Sequence record: JAQMWT010000697.1
Direction: 5' to 3' (one strand)
DNA length: 32,000 nucleotides
The position numbers and the translations under genes were made by a program. Positions 9,390 through 18,103 of the stretch are shown piece after piece. Under the pieces are notes generated by a model. It saw nothing but the letters and a program-made list of their open reading frames with translations, was not told the origin of the DNA and ran no database searches. Every line of letters begins with the position of its first letter. Within the stretch, counting starts at the first letter, position 1.

Positions 9390-10373
9390 TTAATCTGTAT
9401 CTTTTATATGGCCGACATGGTATAAACAAGCTTTATGAAGGCCAGGTAAACGCGGCTGGATTGCTAGTACAGCACATAACATAGCATATGTACATAAGGC
9501 TAATATAAAGAATAAAAAACCGGTCATTATAATTTCTTGTCTATATGTACTTAAATGGGGAAGAAAGATTTTTATATATGCATACATAAACAGCTGAACA
9601 AATGAATTCAAGCAAGTTGCATAACACCAATGATACCTTACAAAATGTTTTAACCAATTTATATGATATTGACCAAACCATCTAGTATCAGGGCCGCGTC
9701 TTCTTACAACTTCTCGGAATACCCAAACTGTAATAAAACCTTGAAGAAATGGTGCGTAAGTAAAAAATAGAATCAGCCCACGTAGTGCCCGTTCTTCCAT
9801 AAATTTTAAGAAAGGATATTCGTTAACAAATGACATAGTGTAAAGAAATGCGACAGATAGCGGCCATAATTGTGAAGAGAGTGCTAATAAACGGTCTACA
9901 AATGTAATTTTATAATTCGGATGTTCGGCAATTGGAATTCGGCTATTCGATCGAGATTCATTTTTTTTACTTTCAGATTTAGGATCTTCTTCTTTAATTA
10001 AATAAGTATCAATTATGTAGGCCACAATAAATAATCCAGTTAGTGGTAATATTAGAGTTTGGCCAAGAACGAATAAAACAGAGACCATAATATCTATTCG
10101 GTCTAAGCCCATTGCCAAGAATAAACAGATAAAACTTATTCCAGTTGAACCAATTGTAGACCAGAATGTTAACCAAAGATTTTTTACCGAAAATAGAAGT
10201 AATTCCGCTAATTTGTTAAAATCCCCAATGAGCTTGTCCGACAATCCTATATTTCTAGAAAAACCACTTAGAATACAAGTAGTAGCCTTTATCACATTCC
10301 CCCAAAAAGATAAATACAAGTTCTTTATAGAGCGTGTCCAAGTTTTGAATCTGTTTTTAATTTGGATTTCCAT
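9390..10373 (-). CDS. ycf60: Tic20/ycf60-like inner-envelope protein with an extra N-terminal membrane domain (327 aa)
   Basis: The C-terminal ~170 aa carry Tic20-family signatures recalled from Arabidopsis Tic20 and algal ycf60: DRLLALSSQLWPLS, HFVRYH (cf. HFFRFH) and a C..LAIQPRLPG tail. The N-terminal ~160 aa add about 2 TM helices and a Lys/Ser/Glu-rich linker. Confidence 0.55.
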   Translation of the reverse strand: MEIQIKNRFKTWTRSIKNLYLSFWGNVIKATTCILSGFSRNIGLSDKLIGDFNKLAELLLFSVKNLWLTFWSTIGSTGISFICLFLAMGLDRIDIMVSVLFVLGQTLILPLTGLFIVAYIIDTYLIKEEDPKSESKKNESRSNSRIPIAEHPNYKITFVDRLLALSSQLWPLSVAFLYTMSFVNEYPFLKFMEERALRGLILFFTYAPFLQGFITVWVFREVVRRRGPDTRWFGQYHINWLKHFVRYHWCYATCLNSFVQLFMYAYIKIFLPHLSTYRQEIIMTGFLFFILALCTYAMLCAVLAIQPRLPGLHKACLYHVGHIKDTD

Positions 10374-10447
10374 ATTTACAGCCCCCTAATATTTTAAATA
10401 AATGATAGTTTTAAGTAAAAAAACATATGTGCTATTCCGATACACTT

Positions 10448-10475
10448 TTTCCAGAGTTTTATAAAACTCTGGAAA
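10448..10475 (-). terminator. 28-nt perfect palindrome (12-bp stem, TATA loop) downstream of psb30
   Basis: TTTCCAGAGTTT-TATA-AAACTCTGGAAA. Lies 22 nt after the psb30 stop and upstream of the ycf60-like ORF. Confidence 0.5.
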
Positions 10476-10497
10476 TGACAATATTGCAACTTTTTAG

Positions 10498-10602
10498 TTA
10501 AAGGTTGCCCTTATTTAAAGCCAAAAATACTATAACCGCCGGACCGGCTATGAAAATTAAACCAGCTGAAAATATCTGTTCAATAACCTGCCAATTAATC
10601 AT
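10498..10602 (-). CDS. psb30: Photosystem II protein Psb30 / Ycf12 (34 aa)
   Basis: Hand translation: [34 protein letters not shown], matching the Ycf12 pattern (..GP.VI..L...KGNL). Not in the ORF track. Confidence 0.85.
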   Translation of the reverse strand: MINWQVIEQIFSAGLIFIAGPAVIVFLALNKGNL

Positions 10603-10757
10603 AGGAATTTTTATTATTATTTTTTAATGTATTATTCTTTATTTAACCATATTATACCTCAAACAACAAAGTTTACTTAAAAAATTATTTTTTTTTGTCT
10701 TTTTTCAATAGTTTTTGTATAATAAGTCCGTTGATATATAAATATACTCAGTCAAAA

Positions 10758-10829
10758 GGGTCACTAACTCAATGGTAGAGTACTCGGCTTTTAACCGATA
10801 AGTTCTGGGTTCGAGTCCCAGGTGACCCA
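10758..10829 (+). tRNA. trnK: tRNA-Lys (UUU), intronless
   Basis: GGGTCAC/GTGACCC acceptor, anticodon loop CTTTTAA, T arm CTGGG-TTCGAGT-CCCAG. 72 nt. Confidence 0.9.
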
Positions 10830-10940
10830 ATTAATTTTTTCTTATTAAAAATGAAAGTATTAATCAAAAAATTAATTCTTTTGATAACCTATCAGTAGTT
10901 ACTAAAATTGCACATGTTTATAAACTCTAACTATTTCTTT

Positions 10941-10965
10941 ATTATGGTGGAATATTCACCATAAT
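10941..10965. terminator. 9-bp hairpin in the trnK-trnE spacer
   Basis: ATTATGGTG (10941-10949) pairs with CACCATAAT (10957-10965), with a 7-nt loop. Confidence 0.3.
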
Positions 10966-11226
10966 GAAACATTTATATTTTTATATAGTAACAATAAAGT
11001 AATAATTAAGAAAGTATATTTTTATAGACTTATTTATTTATAATTCAGTAATTTTAATTGTAAGCTTAGTACCTATAAAATTTATAGTATAAACAATAAA
11101 CATGTTTAGAATTAACAATAAAATTCAGTTATTAACTAACACCGCGCATGTATTATACCACTATAATTAATAATTTTCAGATTTTTTTAATATATAATAA
11201 CAAAAAATTTTTCTGAAAAATATAAG

Positions 11227-11299
11227 TACCCCCAAGGGAATTCGAATCCCTGTTACCTCCGTGAAAGGGAGGTGTCCTAGGCCTCTAGACGATGGGGGC
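11227..11299 (-). tRNA. trnE: tRNA-Glu (UUC)
   Basis: Reverse complement GCCCCCATCGTCTAGAGGCCTAGGACACCTCCCTTTCACGGAGGTAACAGGGATTCGAATTCCCTTGGGGGTA closely resembles plastid tRNA-Glu. Anticodon loop is CTTTCAC. Confidence 0.93.
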
Positions 11300-11356
11300 A
11301 TATTTACATATATAATAATACTATTTTGAAGTAATCTTGTCAATAGAAAATTAATT

Positions 11357-11872
11357 ATGGAATTTGTACTAGCAAAAATTTATTTATTTATCGTATTAGG
11401 AATTTTAATAATTAGTGCTGTGTTTATAATTTTACAGATTCAACTTCGTCAAAATTTGGAAAAAACATTAATAAAAATTCAACCTAACTTGACTTCATAT
11501 GAAACAGATTTTAAAATTGGTCAAATTTATTTAAGAAAAAAAGCTTATGAAAGAGCCATAGAAGAATTTCGGTCTTGTATTTTTAATTGGAATAAAAATG
11601 ATAATCTTGGAATGGCTAGTTTATTTAATACTCTGGGATTTACTTATTATCAGTTAGAAGAGTATAGAATGGCAATTTATTATTATTATATAGCATTAAA
11701 TATAACCCCCAATCATTTTACAAGTTTGATAAATCTAATTTATGTATATAAAAATCAAAACCAGATTGAAAAATTAGAAGAACTAAATAAAAAATTATCT
11801 AGTCTAAATTTAAATAACAGTAAAATCGAAGAAATAAGATCTTATATTAACAAACGACAAGGGTTTTTATAA
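11357..11872 (+). CDS. ycf37: Ycf37, TPR protein (PSI assembly/stability factor family), 171 aa
   Basis: N-terminal TM helix followed by TPR-like repeats (YERAIEEFRSCI..., YRMAIYYYYIALNITPNH). Size and architecture match ycf37. Confidence 0.7.
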   Translation: MEFVLAKIYLFIVLGILIISAVFIILQIQLRQNLEKTLIKIQPNLTSYETDFKIGQIYLRKKAYERAIEEFRSCIFNWNKNDNLGMASLFNTLGFTYYQLEEYRMAIYYYYIALNITPNHFTSLINLIYVYKNQNQIEKLEELNKKLSSLNLNNSKIEEIRSYINKRQGFL

Positions 11873-12012
11873 AAATCTGAGTATCGGATAAATCAGCAAT
11901 TTGAATTGCATTTTAAATAAATTAAATTCGTTTGGTAATTAATCCATCAATTTTTCTAATTACTAAATGTCTAGTCTACTATTAAGTTTTATACTTAAGA
12001 CATTAAGTATAA

Positions 12013-12083
12013 AGCGGGTAGGCAGAATCGAACTCCCATCATTAGCTTGGAAGGCTAAGGTTTTACCACTAAACTATACCCGC
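12013..12083 (-). tRNA. trnG: tRNA-Gly (UCC)
   Basis: Reverse complement GCGGGTATAGTTTAGTGGTAAAACCTTAGCCTTCCAAGCTAATGATGGGAGTTCGATTCTGCCTACCCGCT. Anticodon loop CTTCCAA. The T stem has one G:G mismatch (51:63). Confidence 0.88.
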
Positions 12084-12096
12084 ATTAGTTATATTT

Positions 12097-12645
12097 TTAT
12101 TTTTTTACAATATAATCTACATCTAAAAATTTTGCTAATGTTATCGCTCTAGTCTCAATTTCTGTTAATGTGAAGTTTTTTGCAGTTGTTCCTAACGAAA
12201 CATAGACCCCATCAATGGTTACTAAATAAACTTCTCTCTTAGGATTAATACCATCTCTTAAATCAACCAACACTCCTTCAATCCCATTTAGCGAGTAACT
12301 AACTAAAATGTTATCTTTTCCAGGAAATGCTTTTCGTACTATTCGAATTGTTCCTGTGGATTTATCAAATTCATTGTATCCACCACCCAGATCTAAAATT
12401 ATTATAAATATTAAATAAATACTAAGTAAAAACCCGATTACACCATAAAATAGCATTAATATGCCTTGAGGTATAAAATTTATTTCCTGTGATAATGGAT
12501 AAGGAGATAGGTTGATCTTATAATAGCTCGATATGCCAGTTGAAATAAATCCAATCCCAGCACTGAACAATATAATCGCCCAAATATAATTTTCGAAGCG
12601 CCGAGCACCAGTAAGTGTCTCTCGCTTAACTAAACTTTGTTCCAT
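12097..12645 (-). CDS. ycf4: Photosystem I assembly protein Ycf4 (182 aa)
   Basis: Two N-terminal TM helices (RRFENYIWAIILFSAGIGF..., GILMLFYGVIGFLLSIYL) and a conserved C-terminal domain typical of Ycf4. Confidence 0.93.
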   Translation of the reverse strand: MEQSLVKRETLTGARRFENYIWAIILFSAGIGFISTGISSYYKINLSPYPLSQEINFIPQGILMLFYGVIGFLLSIYLIFIIILDLGGGYNEFDKSTGTIRIVRKAFPGKDNILVSYSLNGIEGVLVDLRDGINPKREVYLVTIDGVYVSLGTTAKNFTLTEIETRAITLAKFLDVDYIVKK

Positions 12646-12992
12646 AATTATGTTTTGTTAACTATAAGGCTATAGGTTTATTATAGTATAAAAATAATTT
12701 ATTCGCAATACTGCTTAATTTTTATTTTTTTCCTCAAATTATTTTCGTAATACGAGAAAGTAATGGTTCTATTAAAAATTCGTTTTTGATAACTGCTAAT
12801 AAATTTTCCAATATTCTAAATTTTAATTATTTCTTCTTATTTTAAGGGTGAAAAATTCGTTATCGTATAGTTTGTTGCCGTATATCCGAATAAAAGGATT
12901 TGCTATAATATTTTGAGATTACCGATTTAGTGTTGTCATTAGGTAATTTTACATTTATAATTATCTTTGTATTTAATATAAATATTTATAAA

Positions 12993-13112
12993 ATGGTTGA
13001 ACCTCTTTTATTTGGAATAGTTTTAGGAATGATGGCTATAAGCTTATTAGGTTTATTTGTAGCTGCTTATCTGCAATATCGTCGAGGACAAGATACCGAA
13101 TCTTTAATTTAA
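12993..13112 (+). CDS. petG: Cytochrome b6f subunit PetG (39 aa)
   Basis: [39 protein letters not shown] from the ATG at 12993. The ORF-track start at 12930 is a non-ATG upstream extension. Confidence 0.92.
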   Translation: MVEPLLFGIVLGMMAISLLGLFVAAYLQYRRGQDTESLI

Positions 13113-13146
13113 GATCCTAAATAATTAATATTTATATCTATAGTAA

Positions 13147-13172
13147 TTTATAGAAAATAAATTTTCTATAAA
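13147..13172 (+). terminator. petG 3' stem-loop (11-bp stem, 4-nt loop)
   Basis: TTTATAGAAAA (13147-13157) pairs with TTTTCTATAAA (13162-13172). Lies 35 nt after the petG stop. Confidence 0.5.
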
Positions 13173-13433
13173 TGTTTTTATTTAATCTCATTACTTTTTT
13201 AAAAAGTTGTTGAGTACAATACGACAAATCTATTAAAAAATATAAACTTGTATTAGAAGTAGTATTTAGTTAGTACGAATTTATAGTTATTAATATGTCA
13301 AAACCAACATTTCTATTTTTTAGATATTTGAATTCTTGTTAAATTAAATAAAGCTTTATACAATGTTCTTTTAATATTTTTCATTACATATCTATTATAA
13401 TATCTTTAATTAAAAAAATTAATAATTAAGAGT

Positions 13434-13562
13434 ATGCTATTATTTGCAAAATTGCCGGGTACCTTTTCAATCTTCAGTCCATTAGTAGATATTTTACCTG
13501 CTGTACCTGTTTTATTTCTGTTATTAGCATTTGTATGGCAAGCCTCTGTCGGTTTTAGATAA
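13434..13562 (+). CDS. psbK: Photosystem II protein PsbK (42-aa precursor)
   Basis: Hand translation: [42 protein letters not shown], with the conserved [11 protein letters not shown] end. Not in the ORF track. Confidence 0.9.
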   Translation: MLLFAKLPGTFSIFSPLVDILPAVPVLFLLLAFVWQASVGFR

Positions 13563-13713
13563 ATAATTCATTTTTGTTTTTTTTTCAATATTTTGATAAC
13601 TACAGTTTATTACCCATCATTTTTTTTATAATAAGACTATAAGATTTACATACCGGTACAAAAATCATTGTACGGTCTTATCTTATAATTTAAAAGTTAA
13701 AGATTAAATATTG

Positions 13714-14100
13714 ATGTCACATTTTACGCGAATTAAAACTTCTATACGTGATTTAACGACTTTACAGAACGTATTAACTAAATTAGATATTAGTTGGGAA
13801 AAAATTAATAGTCCTATTCGTGGTTACCAGAATCAAACATATAACGCTGAATTAATACTTCCTCAAGTGGATACAGTTGATATAGGATTCGCATTCAATG
13901 GCTATTCGTATGAATTAGTTGCAGATAAAAGTTTCTGGCAACAGTCACTTTCTCTAGAATTGTTTCTAGATAAAATAAATCAAATTTACGCGGTTGAATT
14001 GCTTAATACTGAATTAAGAGAGCTTGGTTTTTCAACTGTTCAATATTCAGAAACAGAAAATGGAGTTATTGATTTAGTTGTAGAAAAATGGATTAAATAG
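13714..14100 (+). CDS. ycf35: Ycf35 (DUF1257-type conserved plastid/cyanobacterial protein), 128 aa
   Basis: MSHFTRIKTSIRDLTTLQNVL... matches the ycf35 N-terminal pattern. I place the start at the ATG at 13714, one codon inside the track ORF, which begins at TTG. Confidence 0.75.
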   Translation: MSHFTRIKTSIRDLTTLQNVLTKLDISWEKINSPIRGYQNQTYNAELILPQVDTVDIGFAFNGYSYELVADKSFWQQSLSLELFLDKINQIYAVELLNTELRELGFSTVQYSETENGVIDLVVEKWIK

Positions 14101-14128
14101 TATTAAAACTGTATAATCAATGCTTTAT

Positions 14129-14162
14129 ACAAAAGATCAAAAATATTATCTTGATCTTTTGT
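14129..14162 (+). terminator. ycf35 3' stem-loop (12-bp perfect stem, 10-nt loop)
   Basis: ACAAAAGATCAA (14129-14140) pairs with TTGATCTTTTGT (14151-14162). Confidence 0.55.
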
Positions 14163-14200
14163 GTATTTTAAAAATATATGATATAATAACTCTATTAAAT

Positions 14201-14274
14201 CGGAATATAGCGCAGCTTGGTAGCGCGTCTGCTTTGGGAGCAGAATGTCGTAGGTTCAAATCCTACTATTCCGA
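14201..14274 (+). tRNA. trnP: tRNA-Pro (UGG)
   Basis: CGGAATA/TATTCCG acceptor, anticodon arm TCTGC-TTTGGGA-GCAGA, T arm GTAGG-TTCAAAT-CCTAC. 74 nt. Confidence 0.9.
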
Positions 14275-14691
14275 TAGAACTTCATTGACTTTTATATTAA
14301 TCAAATGGCTTTTTTTAATTTTACCGTATATTTTTTTATAGCCGTATTTTTCTAGGTTTAATTTTACCAAATAAATATAAGTTTATTTCAGTAATTTCAA
14401 TTTTTGAATTAAATAAATTACAAGTCAAATATACAATTTTTTATAAAATAAAAAGAGTAGTTTCGATGCCATCAAAGAATTTTTTATATAAAAAGCAGTT
14501 CAACTTTTAACGATTAAGTAACCCTCAGGCATTAATCATTTTACTAGTTAATAATGAAAATATAGATGTTTATTAATTAGACCATACGAATCGGTTTATA
14601 TTTTGTTCTACAAGTATCAAATTATATAAATAAAATTTCTTAATAGACGTAAAATGTCCTATATTTCTGTTTTAATTTTGTATTAATAAAT

Positions 14692-14763
14692 AGCGGGTAA
14701 CGCGATTCGAACGCGCGGCTTCAACCTTGGCAAGGTCGCGCTCTACCACTGAGCTATACCCGC
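14692..14763 (-). tRNA. trnG: tRNA-Gly (GCC)
   Basis: Reverse complement GCGGGTATAGCTCAGTGGTAGAGCGCGACCTTGCCAAGGTTGAAGCCGCGCGTTCGAATCGCGTTACCCGCT. Anticodon loop TTGCCAA. Confidence 0.9.
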
Positions 14764-15087
14764 TTTTGATATGATTATTCCTTAAATAATTTAATTAGTC
14801 AATAGTTAAAATTAAATAGTCTACTATTAATGGTAGACAGAATAAATACTAGCCTAGCTATTCTATTTTTAAACAATAAGCATTGAAATTTTAATAGTAA
14901 ATTATTAAATAAAATTAACAACTTATTCAAACTTTGTTTTGTTAATTTACTTTTAATAATATTTTTGTTAGAATCATGTCTGTGCCTTTATGTTAAATTT
15001 TAAGAAAATCGTATAACCGTGCCAGAATTGAAAAATAGCAACACTATATGTACTAGTATTAGAAATTTAACTTGAGGCACAATAATA

Positions 15088-15175
15088 AGGAGAGAGGGGG
15101 ATTCGAACCCCCGGCACATATAAAATGTGCAACAGATTAGCAATCTGCCGCTTTCGACCACTCAGCCATCTCTCC
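15088..15175 (-). tRNA. trnS: tRNA-Ser (GCU), class II
   Basis: Reverse complement starts GGAGAGATGGCTGAGTGGTCGAAAGC. Anticodon arm GCAGA-TTGCTAA-TCTGT, 6-bp variable-arm stem GCACAT/ATGTGC, T arm GGGGG-TTCGAAT-CCCCC. Confidence 0.92.
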
Positions 15176-15182
15176 TAATTTT

Positions 15183-15256
15183 TAGCTCTGGCGGGACTTG
15201 AACCTGCGACCTTGGGCTTATGAGTCCCCTGCTCTAACCAACTGAGCTACAGAGCC
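15183..15256 (-). tRNA. Class I tRNA with a CAU anticodon (elongator Met or Ile-lysidine type; not distinguishable by eye)
   Basis: Reverse complement GGCTCTGTAGCTCAGTTGGTTAGAGCAGGGGACTCATAAGCCCAAGGTCGCAGGTTCAAGTCCCGCCAGAGCTA. D arm is as in bacterial tRNA-Met(m) and Ile2. Non-Watson-Crick pairs at 27:43 (G.A), 31:39 (A.G) and 51:63 (A.C). Only 7 nt from trnS. Confidence 0.8.
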
Positions 15257-15649
15257 ATAACATTACTAGTTTATATTACATTATCAATACGATTATGAGC
15301 ATGTCAATAGTTTTCTAATTTGTATAACGATATTTATTTGTCTAAGTTTTGTGAGTTAAGATAAAAATCAAAATTTATTATTATTATAAAAAGTGACGCA
15401 GTTCTATTTTAAACAAAAAGTTCCGCGTATAGATTTTTTTACACTAACTGGTGCTAATATATATTTTGATAAGTAAAGAAATAGTCTATAACTATGGCAA
15501 TTCTAAAAATCCCATAGAGTATCTAATTGAATTTGGACATTTCTTATTTAATTTGTATAATAATCACCCCATACTATATCATATAAAAACTTTTAATATT
15601 TAACATAGTTGAATTTATATGATATAATTTTAATTAGAGGATAATACAA

Positions 15650-15722
15650 GGGTCTATCGTCTAAGGGATTAGGACAGAAACCTTCTAAGTTTCTAATGTA
15701 GGTTCGAATCCTACTAGACCCA
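15650..15722 (+). tRNA. trnR: tRNA-Arg (UCU)
   Basis: GGGTCTA/TAGACCC acceptor, GTCTAAGGGATTAGGAC D arm typical of plastid trnR(UCU), anticodon loop CTTCTAA. 73 nt. Confidence 0.9.
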
Positions 15723-15733
15723 TCAAAGGTAAA

Positions 15734-16783
15734 TTAGATTTCGAAAACGTCATTAAAAACTTTTCTAACTTTTACACCCGAATCAATTGATTCTAAAGGA
15801 TCTTTTCGCAGACGATGACGTAAGCACAGTACAATAATATTACTAATATCATCTAATTCAACACAAGTCCGACCATTTAACGCGGCGTACGCTTTAGCAG
15901 CCCGATTAACAACTATATCCCCCCTTAATCCATCAACACCCAATTCACTACAAATTTGTGAGATTTTTATCCGAAAATCATAATTTAAGTCCACACTTGG
16001 TAATAAATTTTGTGCATTAATCAGTTGCATCCGTAATGTATTCTGCTCTAACTCATATTTTTCAATCCAAGCTTGTGGATTTTGATCAAATGCAGTTCGT
16101 TCTTCAACAATTTTTACACGTAACTCTGGATTTTTAACAGTTCGAATTTCGGCATGCATACCAAAGCGATCTAATAATTGAGGTCGTAACTCTCCTTCTT
16201 CAGGATTGCCTGACCCCACTAAAACGAAACGTGCTGGATGCCTAACGGAAATTCCTTCTCTCTCGACTGTATTCCAACCAGATGCAGCAGAATCAAGTAA
16301 TATATCAACTAAATGATCATCTAAGAGATTAACCTCATCTACATACAGGATACCGCGATTTGCCTTTGCTAATAAACCAGGTTCAAAGGCTTTCACTCCT
16401 TCGGTTAATGCTTTTTCAATATCTATTGTTCCACAAACCCGATCTTCAGTTGCTCCCAGAGGTAAATCTACCATCGGGATTTTGATTAACTCTGTTTCTA
16501 AGGTCTCATTTTTATGAAATTGATCTAAAACTAGCGTACTCATTAATTCAGGATTAGTAGGGTGTGAATTAAACGCATCATCTTTTACTACAGGTATTTC
16601 GGGTAATAAATTTGCTATAGCACGAATTGTGGTAGATTTTCCAGTACCACGATCTCCCATAATTATAACTCCACCAATTTTGGGGTCAATAACATTTAAC
16701 TCAAGAGTTAATTTCATTTCTTCCTGCCCAACAATTGCCGTGAATGGAAAAATTGGCTGAGAGGTTTTTTCTATATTTTGCAT
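15734..16783 (-). CDS. chlI: Magnesium chelatase subunit I (349 aa)
   Basis: AAA+ protein with FPFTAIVGQEEMK, Walker A GDRGTGKST, and YVDEVNLLDDHLVD. Classic ChlI. Confidence 0.98.
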   Translation of the reverse strand: MQNIEKTSQPIFPFTAIVGQEEMKLTLELNVIDPKIGGVIIMGDRGTGKSTTIRAIANLLPEIPVVKDDAFNSHPTNPELMSTLVLDQFHKNETLETELIKIPMVDLPLGATEDRVCGTIDIEKALTEGVKAFEPGLLAKANRGILYVDEVNLLDDHLVDILLDSAASGWNTVEREGISVRHPARFVLVGSGNPEEGELRPQLLDRFGMHAEIRTVKNPELRVKIVEERTAFDQNPQAWIEKYELEQNTLRMQLINAQNLLPSVDLNYDFRIKISQICSELGVDGLRGDIVVNRAAKAYAALNGRTCVELDDISNIIVLCLRHRLRKDPLESIDSGVKVRKVFNDVFEI

Positions 16784-16817
16784 TATTTATTTTTTCTGTT
16801 CTAAAATCAATAAATTT

Positions 16818-16907
16818 TTAGTATAAAGCTGATCCTAAACGAATTGCTAAAATAGATGTTACTAAAGCGGAAACTAAAGCTAGAAAAATTTGAATATCAG
16901 TTAACAT
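16818..16907 (-). CDS. psaM: Photosystem I subunit PsaM (29 aa)
   Basis: Hand translation: MLTDIQIFLALVSALVTSILAIRLGSALY*, matching the PsaM pattern (M..D.QIF.AL..AL....LA.RLG..LY). Lies 34 nt upstream of chlI. Not in the ORF track. Confidence 0.88.
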   Translation of the reverse strand: MLTDIQIFLALVSALVTSILAIRLGSALY

Positions 16908-17039
16908 ATAAAAATAATAATAGATATAATAATTGTTATATACCTTATTTTACTATAGAATTCCAAAATTGTGGAAAAATATTAGAGAATCATTCTAATT
17001 AAATTTTTATAACTTATAATTAGTTTTTCATTTAACTAC

Positions 17040-17112
17040 GGTGAATGACGGGGTTCGAACCCGCGAATGCTGGAACCACAAACCAGTGCCTTACCGCTTG
17101 GCGACATCCACC
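17040..17112 (-). tRNA. trnH: tRNA-His (GUG) with encoded G-1
   Basis: Reverse complement GGTGGATGTCGCCAAGCGGTAAGGCACTGGTTTGTGGTTCCAGCATTCGCGGGTTCGAACCCCGTCATTCACC. Has a G-1:C73 pair. Anticodon loop TTGTGGT, with a U31:U39 mismatch. Confidence 0.88.
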
Positions 17113-17315
17113 TAAAACCCTGTGATATTTCAATTTTTATTTTTGAAATAAATTTAATTTTGCTTTAGAACTTTACAAAATGTAAAATAATAGCTTAAAA
17201 TACATGTAACACAGTATTTAGTAATAATAAATAATGTCTATTCTACATAATAGATATATAAAATAAATTTACGTAAATGTCAACACTTTTTATTAGACTT
17301 TAACAGATTTAAAAT

Positions 17316-17558
17316 ATGTTATTATATAAAATAACTCTAAACAATCATTTAATAAAGTGCACGAAACCATTAAATTTATTTTCTTCCCAAATAAATACAC
17401 AAAGTTTCATTAGTTATTTAGATGGGAATGATGTTACTTTAAAGTTTAAAAAAGGAAAGCCAACTCTAGTTTCATTGAATACTGTAGCTCCTATTGCACA
17501 AGATATTGCTGTAAACAATAATAATATTGATTATTTTCATATCGTCGGGGGTGGATAA
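17316..17558 (+). CDS. thiS: ThiS-like (ycf40) sulfur-carrier protein, divergent, 80 aa
   Basis: N-terminus KITLNNHLIKC fits the ThiS beta1-beta2 pattern (I.vNG....). The C-terminus IDYFHIVGGG* resembles the ThiS tail (e.g. ...IEIVHFVGGG as I recall for B. subtilis), including the terminal Gly-Gly needed for thiocarboxylation. The middle part is longer than usual. Confidence 0.45.
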   Translation: MLLYKITLNNHLIKCTKPLNLFSSQINTQSFISYLDGNDVTLKFKKGKPTLVSLNTVAPIAQDIAVNNNNIDYFHIVGGG

Positions 17559-17655
17559 CTAAATCATATCCTCGATTATTTAGGGCCGAAAAATACTTAC
17601 GTAGTAATGGTTTTACTCTTTTATTTTTTTAATGGATGTATTTAAAAATACTAAT

Positions 17656-17727
17656 TGGGTAATACTGGATTTGAACCAGTGACCTTCTGCTTGTAAGGCA
17701 GACACTCTACCGCTGAGTTAATCACCC
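17656..17727 (-). tRNA. trnV: tRNA-Val (UAC), intronless
   Basis: Reverse complement GGGTGATTAACTCAGCGGTAGAGTGTCTGCCTTACAAGCAGAAGGTCACTGGTTCAAATCCAGTATTACCCA. Anticodon loop CTTACAA. Confidence 0.9.
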
Positions 17728-17795
17728 TTATTTATTTATAGTATCATGATTTTATATATTCTGTCTATATTTAAAGATATTACTTTTATTATTTC

Positions 17796-17835
17796 AATAA
17801 ATTTCTATTCTTGCAAATAAGAATAGAAATTTATT
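17796..17835 (-). terminator. 17-bp perfect stem-loop just downstream of psbI (end of the rbcL...psbI minus-strand block)
   Basis: AATAAATTTCTATTCTT (17796-17812) pairs with AAGAATAGAAATTTATT (17819-17835), with a 6-nt loop. Lies 13 nt after the psbI stop. Confidence 0.6.
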
Positions 17836-17847
17836 TAATAATACATA

Positions 17848-17964
17848 TTAAGATAAGTCTTTGCGGTTGGGGTTTCGTGATGGATCGTTTGATAACAATC
17901 CAAAAATGAATAAGGAACTAAAAAATATAACACATGTATACACTAGGATTTTTAATGCTATCAT
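17848..17964 (-). CDS. psbI: Photosystem II protein PsbI (38 aa)
   Basis: Hand translation: [38 protein letters not shown]. Compare the PsbI consensus [36 protein letters not shown]. Not in the ORF track. Confidence 0.92.
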   Translation of the reverse strand: MIALKILVYTCVIFFSSLFIFGLLSNDPSRNPNRKDLS

Positions 17965-18103
17965 TGTTTTTCTGGTTTTATATTTCTTATTTTATAAGAT
18001 ACAATAAATGTAAAAAAGTATTGTTTAGTTAACTTTGATTTAATTGTATTAATTATAGTAGTTATTTTAGCTTAAAAGTTTCGTTTTTTTATCAAAAATA
18101 AGA

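Noticed and set aside
11967-12152. 61-aa ORF, with analogous ORFs at 14120-14341 and 27636-27830
   Set aside because: Each is read straight through a tRNA gene (trnG-UCC, trnP, trnC/trnL). The tRNA folds explain the sequence.
12930-12992. Upstream extension of petG shown in the ORF track (60-aa version)
   Set aside because: The extension begins at a non-ATG codon and encodes an Ile/Phe/Asn-rich peptide with no PetG counterpart. The conserved protein starts at the ATG at 12993.
17934-18032. 32-codon hydrophobic plus-strand ORF ([20 protein letters not shown]...)
   Set aside because: It is the antisense image of psbI (17848-17964, minus strand), which matches the PsbI consensus closely. The hydrophobicity is a mirror effect.
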